DNA of 64,000 nucleotides from Octopus sinensis (GCF_006345805.1 NC_043004.1:39060001-39124000), one strand, 5' to 3'; positions 12,553-24,100 are shown, counted from the stretch's first letter. Notes: generated from the letters alone by a model not told the origin. A program made the numbers and translations.

Positions 12553-13793
12553 CATACCACGAGTAAATAGACATACCATAAAACATCGCTTTATGTTTAT
12601 TCTCACATATGAAGTTTTATATTTTTTATTAATTGACATTTCTATGTTTCAGGTTCTATAAGTGAATGTTCAATCATGCCATGTAGAAAAGAGGCATTGC
12701 ACTGTCTGTAATTGAAAGAGGCCCTATTGTGGATCATTTTGAAGATGGACAGAGTAAGCGTAATATTGCAGAAAACCTTGGGATCCTGCTGTCTACACTT
12801 AATAGAGTGGTTATACAATTCCCCAGAGAGAGGAAGAAGTTTACATCACCTTACACAGATCAACCAGCGTCCTCTGACAGCAGCCTTCTCTTTTCTAAGA
12901 GACGTGTGCAGGATAATCCTCGCTGCAAGATCTCTGACCTAGCAGAACAAGTGGACGTCAGTCCCAGAACAGCTGTCAGGTATCTACACACACTTGGTTA
13001 CTCTGGCAGAGCCACAAGAAGAAAGTCACTTCTTCGACCATCCAACATCAAGCAGAGCAAAGTTTGGGCCAGTGAGATGGCGGAGAGGCCACTAGCATTT
13101 TGGAACACTGTCATATTCTCTGACGAGTCCAGATTTGCTGTATTGCCTGACGGTGATCGAGTATAGGTCTGGAGATTCGTCAATCAAGAGTTTGGTGTGA
13201 AAAGATTGCAGTCAACAATGAAACACGGCAGCTATTCTGTGATGCTCTAGGGAGCATTTTGGAGCAATGCTTGATCAAAGACTGTGGAGTGTGAGGGAAA
13301 CATAAACTCAGATAAATATGTGTCCATATTGCAAAAAGGAGTATTTCCATTCTTCTCCACTGGTGAAATGATTAAAAAAGACTATTTATGGAAGATGAGG
13401 CCTCTCGTCACACGGCTGAAATGCGCCAAGATTTGATGGATGAGAATGGCATTTGAAGATTTCCATGGCCAAGCCAGTCACCAGATATGAACTCTATTGA
13501 ACAACTCTGGGACATTATGGACAGGACACTTCGTATAAAGAACAAGAAAGCATCTTCAAAACCAGATCTTTAGAGATAATACATGAAAGTTGGCAAGAAA
13601 TTCTGCAAGGGAATATTCATCATCTGTTCAGTAACATGCCTAATAGGGTCCTTGTATTTTGCAATGCAAAGGACAAATCTACTAAATATCAAATATTCAG
13701 ATTATCATAATTAATGAATATTTTGAATTATAATTTCAGATTTAAATAAATTTTAATGATTATAAGCTAGTCTATTTACTTCTGTCATGTCTG
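12549..13793 (+). mobile_element. Tc1-family DNA transposon (DD34E), degenerate
   Basis: 24-bp TIRs CAGACATACCACGAGTAAATAGAC / GTCTATTTACTTCTGTCATGTCTG (20/24 match) in TA-rich flanks. Transposase relic from ATG ~12676 with an HTH region, WNTVIFSDESRF and D-(34 codons)-E in ...WPSQSPDMNSIEQLW, with stops and frameshifts. Confidence 0.92.
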
Positions 13794-13845
13794 TGCATAT
13801 GTATAAACATATATATATATATATATGAATGTGTGAGTATGTATG

Positions 13846-13889
<44 letters not shown>

Positions 13890-13904
13890 ATATGAATGTG
13901 TGAG

Positions 13905-13941
<37 letters not shown>

Positions 13942-14032
13942 AAGGGTGGAATATAATTAATTTAATAAAATTAATCAATTTCACCTAGTAGATTTGTCGG
14001 TATGGAAAAGACCATATTTGGTAAGGGTTATA

Positions 14033-14206
14033 ATAATTATAATTAAGGGTTAAATGCAACAAGTTGCTCAAAACCACATACCGAAAATATTAGAAATAGC
14101 AGCCAAAATTGGTCACTATTTCCTCTACTAGTAAAAATTTTGGCTGCTATTTCTAATATTTTCGGTATGTGGTTTTGAGCAACTTGTTGCATTTAACCCT
14201 TAATTA

Positions 14207-14213
<7 letters not shown>
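14033..14213. repeat. Perfect 78-bp inverted repeat with 25-bp spacer
   Basis: 14033-14110 is the exact reverse complement of 14136-14213. The spacer is GGTCACTATTTCCTCTACTAGTAAA. Confidence 0.95.
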
Positions 14214-14245
<32 letters not shown>

Positions 14246-15143
14246 AGATAAGTGGCACCAATATTTACTGGAAAATAGCAATCGATACAAATACGACGCT
14301 ATTGTATAGCTTCACTGCGTATTTACTAGCAAATACGTGTGTATGGAAAAAGCATGAAAAATTTGTCTTGCCTTTAGGAAGAACATTCGATAAATGGACG
14401 ACCTAGAACCGGATAATGCAGGACCGGTTTCTGACTCTACAAATACGTTTGACAACGTAAATTTGATCAGTCTTATGGGGCTTTATTTTACTGGAAAGTA
14501 ATACATTTGAAAGAAATAGAAGATAAAAAGAATAAATACAATAAGAATCAATATAAACAGTTAAAGCCAAAAGCAAGCTGTTTTAATTGGATTATGAAAA
14601 ATAACCGTCAAAGAAATTTTTAAAATGCACACTTACCTTTAAATATATGAATGCATGTCTCTTTTACTGTACTTTTGGAAATAATGTCTCGACTGATGAT
14701 ATGGTAGTCGCATGTGAAATTTCTGGACGGCTGACGATGTTGTTATTCTCAACATTGGTATAGCAAAACTCACATTTTCAATCACATAATGCAAGTTTTG
14801 AGGTATCTTTATTTCTTTCATTGACCAACAATTTCGTGTTCCTCACTCTGTTCTGGGTTTGATGCAGTGTATATATCACACCTTCAGAAAATATTTCTCT
14901 TCCTGTGAATACTTTTGTGAGATATTTACTCATAGAACACATTCTGGGATACTCAATGTTGTGTGAATAGAAGTTCTGCTTCATAAAAGGCTAACAACTT
15001 TGCTTTTGGATATAGACTACACTGTAACAGTGTTATAACATTACCAAAATTAAATCAGTAACAAACTCGTAACAAATTTATATCTCTTCTCAACGATTTC
15101 TACCACTGCCTTCACAAATGCAATCGCACAAACCATATTGTAC

Positions 15144-16888
15144 TATTTCTTTATTACCCACTAGGGGCGACACAGAGGGGGACACCAAAAGACATGGGGA
15201 CATAGAACATTATAATTAAAATTTATGAAAATGAATTGTTAAACAAAAAATGATAAAATGAAAGCGATACCAACGGCCCCATCCGTCAGCATCACTTACC
15301 TGTCCTTTGTTTTTCATAGTCACTTGAATGTTCTTTGCCAATACGAATAAATTCCATATCCATTCTTACTCCGAAATACTCATCCATATTTTCCACGAAT
15401 TCATCGCTCATTCTTATATCTTTCCCCTCCCAATTCTCCCTTTCACACCTCACCATAAACTCACCTATGTTCTTCTTTTCAATCACAGCATACCTAGTCT
15501 CACCAACATCATACCATTTATACTCTTCCATTAGACTTTTAACTTCTTTCTGTTCAGTCATAGTACAAATGTACGGCCTGATATCGATTTCAATCTCTTG
15601 TGTGTGTGTATTCTTTTTTTTCTTTTGTTTTCTTGTTGGGGGGGAGCGGGTGGGTTCAATGTCTGCATGGATAGGGTGGGACTCAGAGGGTGTGGGTGGT
15701 TTTGGGGTAGATTGGTGTTCCATATTATTTTCTTTTCCACGTATTCTTCTCTTCCTCTTATTTCCAGCTTCCTTCCATTTCTGTGTATTCTCTTCCTCTT
15801 CTACTGTCTCCTTCTCCTCTGGTTTCTGCTTCTCTCTCTGTGGTTCGAAATCCATTTCTTTCCCTGGGGGAGGGCAGAAGGCTCTTATGTGATCCCTCAG
15901 GCCACACTTGTAACAACGTGGAGCCCTGCCCTCCACCCACACTCTCATGATCACGTCTCCCAATCTGATGCTTTCCGTCAGGTCCACCAGTACCTCGGTC
16001 TCTGCCTGTACGTTCAGCTCCACTGTTACGCCTCTCCAGCCCTCGGACTTAGCCGAGGCATGGAGAATATCTACTTCCTCCTCGTGGCCGCTGATCACAG
16101 CCGCCACAATCCACTCTGCCTCCACGTTTGGTGGCACTCCCTCCACCCTTATTCGTGTAATCCTTCTATTCAAATACGTAGGTAGAAGTGTTACCTTTTC
16201 TGACTTCACCGCCTTCGCGCCATCATCCTCGCTGCAGACTCACTTTTAAAATGTACAACTACGGTCCCATACTTGGATCCTCGAGTCAGAAAATTAATTT
16301 CCTCCTAAGTTCGTCGCAGGGCTTCCTCTATCCACTGCATGGTTACAACTTCTACCCTCTTCCTTTCGTTTGCGAACACCCTGTAAATAATGGTCCTCCT
16401 ATCATACCATTCCTTTCTCCTGGGTGTCGGTGCCAGTTCCACCTCACCGCTTTCCATTTTCATGTATTTCTGGTAACTTGGCAACTTGGCCAAGTCGACC
16501 CCTTTCTCTTCCGCCTTCTTGGTTACACCGGCATAGGTATAATCCAGCTTCTCGTCCAATTTCCTCGCTACCATTTCTAGCTCCTTCTCAGACGTAGACA
16601 AGTCTGACAAAGACTCGAAAACTCCAGCCTTTTCTTCCATCAGCTTCATTGCAATTGCCTGTTCCAGCTCCTCATCTGTCGTGGACAAGTCTGTTAGAGA
16701 CTCATAGTCCATTTCCTTCTGTCTGACAGACCGAAAACGGCCGCCAAAACAGAAAAAAGTTTAACGCGCCGAACGAGCGAAACGCGAAACCGCATCAACG
16801 CCGTTCAGAATTTCCACAACAACAACAACGCTTTTTGTTCTTTTTTACCGAATTTTCAGCAGCCGAAGAAAACACAACCGACCAAATG
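15144..16888 (-). mobile_element. ORF1-only (half-L1-like) Tx1-derived non-autonomous retroelement with 18-bp TSD
   Basis: TSD GCACAAACCATATTGTAC at 15126-15143 and 16889-16906. A CpG-rich 176-bp 5' UTR precedes ORF1, whose stop at 15292 is followed directly by a 148-bp 3' UTR ending ...GGGTAATAAAGAAATA. No ORF2 sequence is present. Confidence 0.88.
15292..16712 (-). pseudogene. ORF1 of the ORF1-only element (~475 aa reconstructed; one TAG and one frameshift)
   Basis: ORF 16305-16712, then read-through EEINFLTRGSKYGTVVVHF, then a frameshift near 16215 into ORF 15292-16209 with knuckle CYKCGLRDHIRAFC and a long C-terminal extension. Confidence 0.85.
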
Positions 16889-16906
16889 GCACAAACCATA
16901 TTGTAC

Positions 16907-17047
16907 TAATTCTTTATTACCCACTAGGGGCGACACAGAGGGGGACACCAAAAGACATGGAGACATAGAACATTATAATTAAAATTTATGAAAATGAATT
17001 GTTAAACGAAAAAATGATAAAATGAAAGCGATACCAACGGCCCCATC
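16907..17047 (-). mobile_element. 5'-truncated second copy of the ORF1-only element 3' tail
   Basis: Matches 15144-15283 with 3 differences in ~140 bp. It joins LTR sequence at ...GGCCCCATC|ACGTCGCAC. Confidence 0.92.
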
Positions 17048-17329
17048 ACGTCGCACTGTCAGTATGCATGCGCTTTTATATGGTTTAGGACAGTTCACTT
17101 ACTATCCCACAGCGGTGTCAGGATTTCACCACAACATCTCCCCTTTTTGAACTTGACTTTCCTTGGATGTCAATATCAAATTATTTATTATATATTTATT
17201 ACCACCTCTCCCCCTTCTTTTTTACTACATTCTCCGGAAAGAAATTAGAATATTTTTTCATTTTGACTTGCAAAAGTTCTGTTTGTTTTCTCTTCCTAGT
17301 CCATATACTCGTTGGTTCGACTATTCTTT

Positions 17330-20300
17330 GAGGTACAAGGAAGTCCAAAATGTCATAAAGAAATTCCATTGCTCCTTAATGTCATATTTTTTTGTTCCGT
17401 AAACCTTTTTCAGTTGGTTTATATGAATATTTTGTTCCCACGTATGACATTTGACCATGTACGTTATTTTTCCTAAACGCTTACTTATACCTTCATCCCC
17501 AACTTTCCTTTCCATTTCTGTATATTTAAAAAAAAACTCCTTGTCACCGATTTTGAAGTATTTTATCTTATTTTCGGTGTTTCTCTCCAGCTTTTCATAT
17601 TTTCCGGTAGTTATTTATCAAATACTGACCTGACTTTTCTGGCAAACATTAGTTCAGCCGGTGACATACCTGAAATGGTTTTGGGGTTAGGCATTATTAA
17701 GTAAACACTTAAGAATTGCGTCAATGCAGTATCAGCTAGTAGCTCATTCCTAGATTTTTTCAGCGCCCTCTTAAGCGTGTCTACGAAACGTTCTGCCAGT
17801 CCTTTCGATCTCGGATGGTATGGCTGAGTAGTGAGATGTTTCATGGCATGTATCTTGCAAAACTTTTTTAATTCCTTCAACGTGAAAGTGTCTGGGATGC
17901 CATATCGCACAAAAAGATCGTCTAGAAATGCCATTGTTACATTGGATGTTGGCTTCCTACATTTATATTTTTCCGGCCATTTCGCATAACTATCCACAAC
18001 TATTAGATAATACCTTACATTTAACGGTCATGCGAAGTGTATGCGTAATCTGGGCCAAGGTATGTCAGTCTAGGGTCAAGGCTGAAATTTTATAGGTGGT
18101 GCTTTTGTTGCTAGGGCACAACTCCTGCAGACTTTCGCTAATTTTTTAACATCCTGATCCATATTCGGCTAGTAAACGTAGCCCCATATCAGTGCTTTCC
18201 TTCTCACGATTCCTAAATGTCCCATGTGGAATTGTTTTAGCATACAATTTTGTAAAGAAACAGGTATTAGAATCCTCTGAACGAACATAAGTACGTCATT
18301 ACATATCGAATATCATTTCGAAACAGTGTTACGCTCGGCTACATGAGTTTTTGTATTTGTTTCTGATTTCATCATTTTCTTTCATTTTTTTTATGAACAC
18401 ATCCGTCTCTGCTTTATTTTTTATTTCCTCTAAAGAGATAAGTAATCCGCGTACTACGCTTCAGAGTATTTTTTTAAATTTCAACTTCAGGCTTTAATGC
18501 TGCTATTACTGTATCCTCTAACGGTTCACTCTATTTAGGTACCAATCTTGACAGCCCATCCGGATGTCTTAATCTTTTCGATGGTAGAAATTCCGACTTA
18601 AAGTCATAATTTAACAGGATCGTCGGTTGGCTGTATGTGTGGGAATACCCTTTTCGATCCCTAAATTGACAACAATGAGCAGTGGTCTGTCTGCAGACTG
18701 AATTTTTTTCACCGCAACAATAATGGCTAATGCCACCTTTTCAATTTGACTGTAGTTTTTTCAGCTGCCAACAATGAACGTGAAGCATGGAGCGATGGGT
18801 TTTTATGCTACCATTTTAATACTTGTGTAAAATTAGCGCTCCTATATCATTTTTGCTAGCATCTGATGATACTATTATTTTCATATTTGGATCAAAGTGA
18901 TATAAGGACAGGTCTGATGTTAAAACTGTTTTTTTTTTTATTTTCTTCGAACGATTTTTGGCACATGTCCGACCAATATCATTTACGTCGTTTTACAATG
19001 GGTTGTTTAGGGATTCTCTTAGCTCAAGCATATTCTGTATATATGTTCGGTAATAGTTTGCGTGCCCCAAGAACACTTATAACATTGTAATAATTTTCGG
19101 GTTAGGCATATTTTTTATTGCAGTCTATGTTGAAGGATCTGGCCTGTGACCATTTTTATCGATGACTTGCCCTAGATACTTTATTTCTGGCATGAAAAAT
19201 TCGCATTTTCCCTCGTTAAATTTATATCCATACCCCTTTATTGCTTCAAATACCTTTTTAACATGTTCCGAATGCTGGCTTCGAGACTCACTTTTTATGA
19301 GTATGTCATCCAAGTAAGCATTATTGAATCTCTGAACGAGATATAAACAGTAACCGCTCGATAATATAAAGTATAATAGCCATCTCAATATGGCTAACTA
19401 CAAAGGGTGGGTGTTACTGTAGCTTTTAGCCCCAGGAGATCATCGTCTCCAGCTGGCTTTAGGCACACTATCTGTGCCCTTACGGTATTTGCATACCATA
19501 AGGGCACAGCTGGAGACGATGATCTCCTGGGGCTAAAAGCAACAGTAACACCCACCCTTTGTAGTTAGCCATATTGAGATGGCTAGTATACTTTACATCA
19601 TCCAAGTAAGTTATAGCGAAATCCGTATCTACAAGCATAGTGTCCATCACCTGTTTGAAAACACTAGGTGCCACCTTTATCCCAAAAGGAAGTCGATTGA
19701 ATTCATATAATCCTTTGTAGGTGTTTATCGTTAATAATTTCAAACATTCTTCTTCAATTTGTAACTGTGAATCCGCCGCCGACAAGTCCAGCGTTGAAAA
19801 AAGTATTCCTCCATTGAGTTTCGCAAAAATTTCTTCCGAACTTGATAGTGGGTAATTGCATGTCATCAAACATTCGTTCGAGCCTGTTAAAAAGTCAGCG
19901 CATACTCGTATTATATTTTTTATTTCTCTACAAATACAGTTGGTGATGCCCATTCTGAGTAACCAATTTTGTCTATAACTCCATGCTTTTCAAGTCTATC
20001 CAATCACTCGTTGACTTGATTCAACGCTCGCTTCAGTTTAAATACCAGTACAACGTTTTTGTCCACTTGAAATTTTACTTTTGTCTTGGTGCACCTAACT
20101 AATTCTTCAGAAAAAGCATCAGGAAATATCTTTTTTAATTTCTTTTTTAAATCTTCCAACGCCTAACTTGAATTGGCGTAAGAATCGTTTACGCTATAAC
20201 AAAAACTACTTATGGGGAGGTCCCATAAATCAAATAGCGCCATCCAGTCTATGTTATATAGGTTTGTCGTATTTTAATGCAAAGACTTTGGCTTCTAATG

Positions 20301-20449
20301 GTTTTCCACAAAGTGTCACCTCACTTATCATTTCGCCCCAAAATCGCAATTGTTTTCTTGAAATACTTCGCGCAACTGTCGAAGATATCTTACAATATAG
20401 GCTTATATATATTATTGTTATTAGTGTGATATAACTGTGTTCAAATGTA
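17330..20449 (-). pseudogene. gypsy pol (protease-RT-RNase H-integrase), disrupted
   Basis: RT: FSTLDLS...YEFNRLPFGIKVAP...YLDD and YLGQVID. RNase H: SSDAS...YSQIEK...TDH. Integrase: HMGHLG...C..C, VDSYAKWPE, YGIP and YHPRSKGLAERFVDTLK. Confidence 0.9.
19319..19597. mobile_element. 279-bp fold-back insertion with 13-bp TSD interrupting gypsy RT
   Basis: TSD TCATCCAAGTAAG at 19306-19318 and 19598-19610. 91-bp arms 19365-19455 and 19507-19597 (3 mismatches) plus an inner 17-bp stem (19472-19488 / 19493-19509). Confidence 0.9.
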
Positions 20450-21497
20450 GCCTTGTATTCACACTATTTATTTTTATGGAGACAATTTTTCTGTTTTTAG
20501 CCTCGCTTTCCATTTCTGTTGACAATACTATTTTTCTCGAATTGCTTTCGATCGACCTTTATTCTTTCACCTAGCAATGGGAATTCTTATGTCCAACTTT
20601 TCCAAAACATTTTTGATTTTAAAAAGCACAGATTTTTAATGTATTTCTCCTCACCCATTCAACGGTTTCGGTCTTGACTGTTGTTTTTCTTTTTTCTTAT
20701 CTGTTACAGGTCGACACGTATGTATATTTGAACGATCTGTTTCAATTTTTTGGCATCCTGTCGTAAATTTATAATCCTTTGACATTCTTCAGCCACTGCC
20801 TGTAGAGTAAGTTTCGAATCTTGTTCTAGTTTTGTCAATATCCGATCCTGTAGCTCTGCATCTTTGCTTGCAGTTAATCCTCGTTCAAAGATTAGACATT
20901 TGAACATGTCCGTGGGTAATTCGTTTAGTTTAATTTTTTTTACATTCTCTCTTTACGATTTCGGCATACGTGATGAAATCTTCAGTTTCTGTTTTTTTCA
21001 AATCCAAGCACTCTCAACGAATATTAGATAGCGAATTTCTTACACAGGTTGTTTCCTCGAAACACATTTCGGATTGTTTTCTCAGCAGGATGTAATTACA
21101 ATGCTTTTCATATTCTGCGGGTGATAATTTCCTTAAAAGAAGTCTTACCTTCTTTCCATCCGTCCAGATTCTACATTCTTCTGTGGAGATTCCTTCATAC
21201 CTTCTGAAGTATGCAGAAAACGTAATCCATTCTTCTGGATTATAAGTATAGTCTTCAATTGAATTAGCAACCCAGTCTGCCGCAAATGAACCTAAAGTGC
21301 TTTTGGACTGCAACAATAATTCCAGCAACTGTTGATTTTGCAGTTGTTGTGGCTTTAGTTGCTGTTCTACGTGTTGTTGTTGTTTCTGTTGTTCTTGTTT
21401 TTGCTTTTTTTAGTTGCCGTTGCAACTGTTGTTGTTGCCGTTGCAACTGTTGTTGTTGCCGTTGCAATTGTATCAAGGAAGCTAATAGATCTTCCAT
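20450..21497 (-). pseudogene. gypsy gag, frameshifted
   Basis: MEDLLASLIQLQRQQQQ Q-rich N-terminus, then WVANSIEDYTYNPEE...FSAYFRRYE and MFKCLIFERGL...LTLQAVAEEC, typical of Mag-type gag. Confidence 0.85.
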
Positions 21498-21802
21498 GTT
21501 AAAAGCGTGCACAGTGAACTTCGGATGTCCCGTCACCACTCCTATATCCTTGTGTTTGGATGTAGACTAAACTGTAACAGTGTTATAACACTACCAAAAC
21601 GTAATAAACTTTTATGTGATAAACTTATGTTCTTCTCAACAACTTCTACGACTGCCTTCACAAATGCGACTGCACAAACCACACAGCACGACACACTGTC
21701 AGTACGCATGCGCCTTTACAAGGTTTAGGACAGCTCATTTGCTATCTCGCCGGGGTGTCAGGATTTCACCACAACAGATTCTAAGACACACACATGCATA
21801 CA

Positions 21803-21857
21803 CATATACACATAGATAGATAGATAGATAGCTAGATAGATAGATAGAGGGAGAGGG

Positions 21858-21898
<41 letters not shown>
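21803..21898. repeat. (GATA)n and (GA)n microsatellites
   Basis: Direct reading of the sequence. Confidence 0.95.
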
Positions 21899-21901
<3 letters not shown>

Positions 21902-22324
21902 CACTGGTGTTTTGGTTAAGTGCCGTTAGGAATAAAGTACTTCAATCAATAAATTGGTACGTGTAAATGAATTCCTCTAATTAGAAGCAAATCAGTCGCT
22001 TCAGGTAGTTAGATTTTACTTTTTAATTTTGCGTAATTTCTTGAATTTTGATGTTATTTTTCCTTTTTTCCACCTCTCGTTTGTACAAAAGGTAAATTGC
22101 ATTTACCTATATCTGTGGTTATTTCCATTCTCTGAACTAATTACGGCGCATGTAATTTCATATCACCGATATTTGTTCAGCATCTCGGTACGTAAAGTAT
22201 ATTTGCTCTGAAATGTATTTAATTGAACGTAATAAGTCCAACATATTTCCTTTTCAATTTACTCATTTAATCCCACCTATCTACATGTATACATACATAC
22301 AAACATACATACATACATACATAT

Positions 22325-23125
22325 CTTTTAGTTATTTCAGTGAATAGTACCTGGCCATGAAGGGTCACCGCCTTGAAGGGATTAGTCGAAAAATGTAGGC
22401 TCAATATTGTGTTTTAGTTTTGTTTGTTAAGCTTGACTCTTATTCTATCGGTCTCTTTTGCCGAACAGCTGTGCTATGGGGTGTAAACTAGTCAACATTG
22501 GTTGTTCAGCGATGGTGGAGGACAAACAAACACCAACACACACACAAAACACTCTTATAAATACATACATATATACATACATACATACATAAATACATAC
22601 ATACATACAAAAATACATACATAAATGCATACATACATACATAAATACATACATACATATATACATACTTATATACATACATACAAAAATACATACATAC
22701 ATAAATGCATACATACGTACATACATACATTCATACATACATACATACATACAACATGCATTACTGTAGTTGCCGTTGCAACTGTATCACAGAAGCTAAG
22801 AGATTTCGAGCTCAGTCTCATTGCGTGACAGCTTATACAAGTGTCTTCTACTATAGTGTCAGGCCGACCTTGTAAGCGGATTTGGTAGACAGAAACTGAA
22901 AGACACTCGTCGTATATAAATATGTATATACATTTGTGTGTGTAATTTTTGTGCCTGTGTTTCTCATCCTTTCTCTCTCTTGACAACCTTTGTAGAATAA
23001 GTACTAGGCTTACAAAGAACAAGTCATGCTGTCGACTTCTTCAACTAAAAGCCTTTAAGGTGGCGCTCCAGCATGGCCGCTGTCATTTGACTGAAACCTG
23101 TAAAAGAATAAAAGAGTAAAAGTGA
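22325..23125. mobile_element. Two degenerate family-A SINE copies (minus-strand tail ~22325-22540; plus-strand ~22775-23125) separated by (ATAC)n
   Basis: Recognisable GGATTTGGTAGACAGAAACTG and CTCCAGCATGGCCGC...GAGTAAAAG modules. Confidence 0.75.
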
Positions 23126-23680
23126 ATGTATGTAAATGTATGCACATTGCATTTTCAGACGTGTGTTTAACAATATTTAGTTAAGTTTGCCATTGTTTGC
23201 TCAGGCAAATTCTAGAGAACATTTTATGTCATAAATTGCAATTTTTGAACTACAAAAATATTAACTGTTTTGAAACAAATCTTCTCTTTTGCTTTTTTTA
23301 ATTTGCATTTCCCATTTATATCATTCATTCGTACAATTGAAGCAAGTAAAACAATTTGTATTTGAAACTATAGTTTCAAAAAACCTAAAATGTTTATTAT
23401 TGAAATGGAATAGAAAAGGATAAATATGCTTTTTTTTCAGCGATCCCCATTTGGGACCTTTCGAGAAATTTATCATTTCAAAAATAATTCATATATGAAG
23501 AAAATGTAAATATTATAGATTATTTCAATACCTAAGACACCTGGCAGAGCCAAAAAATATGAATGACAAATATTGGCAGTTAATGGGTTATATATATTAA
23601 CCTTTTTCGTTTGACCTAGAAATGTTACGTTACATAAGCATTCACCGATAAAATATAATCTTTTTTCCTTGACACCATAA

Positions 23681-24100
23681 GATCTTTATCGGTTTGAACC
23701 TCAGTTTTTAACATAATTTCTATGTAACTAAAAAAATTTAAACTTCGTATACTGGTAGAATGTGTTTACAAAACATCTTTTTCTCTTGACTTTATTGAGA
23801 AAATTCTATAGTTTGTAAGATATTTGTTGTTTTTTTTCTTCAATATCTGCAATTTCCACCAATCAAATACGTCTATTGAGGTGAAAACATTCTGTGCCGT
23901 ATGAATATGTCTCTCGTTTAAGAAACAGATTGGGTTTATTTACATCTGTGAAGAAAAAAAGATACCCTACCCCCCACCCCTAACCCTGACCCTAACCCTA
24001 AAAGAGATTGAAATGCAATAGATCGATACTAGGGTCATAATTATGGGTGACAATTTCATATGACACCGCTAGAAAAACTGCCGTTCAAACCGAAAAGATA
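23681..24100. mobile_element. MITE with ~17-bp TIRs carrying four telomere-like CCCTAA units
   Basis: ATCTTTATCGGTTTGAAC (23682-23699) is inverted to GTTCAAACCGAAAAGAT (24083-24099). CCCTAACCCTGACCCTAACCCTAA at 23978-24001. Confidence 0.75.

Larger units (their letters stand above)
15001..21776 (-). mobile_element. Ty3/gypsy LTR retrotransposon (Mag/K02A2.6-like), full length but degenerate, with two nested insertions
   Basis: 5' LTR ~21551-21776. PBS-like GTGGTGACGGG at 21539-21529. gag, protease, RT, RNase H and integrase relics. PPT AAAAAGGGGAGA (17148-17137) abuts a 3' LTR starting TGTTGTGG at 17136. The 3' LTR is split into 17048-17136 and ~15001-15143. The left boundary is approximate. 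Confidence 0.92.

Noticed and set aside
14631-14990. Consensus minus-strand donor AAG|GTAAGT at 14637 with ORFs 14639-14984
   Set aside because: The frame open to the donor is only ~35 codons, the acceptors are weak, and no partner exon was found.
15144-17047. 140-bp direct repeats read as LTRs of a novel LTR element
   Set aside because: They lack TG...CA ends, PBS and PPT, match the LINE-type 3' tail, and an 18-bp TSD separates the second copy from the element.
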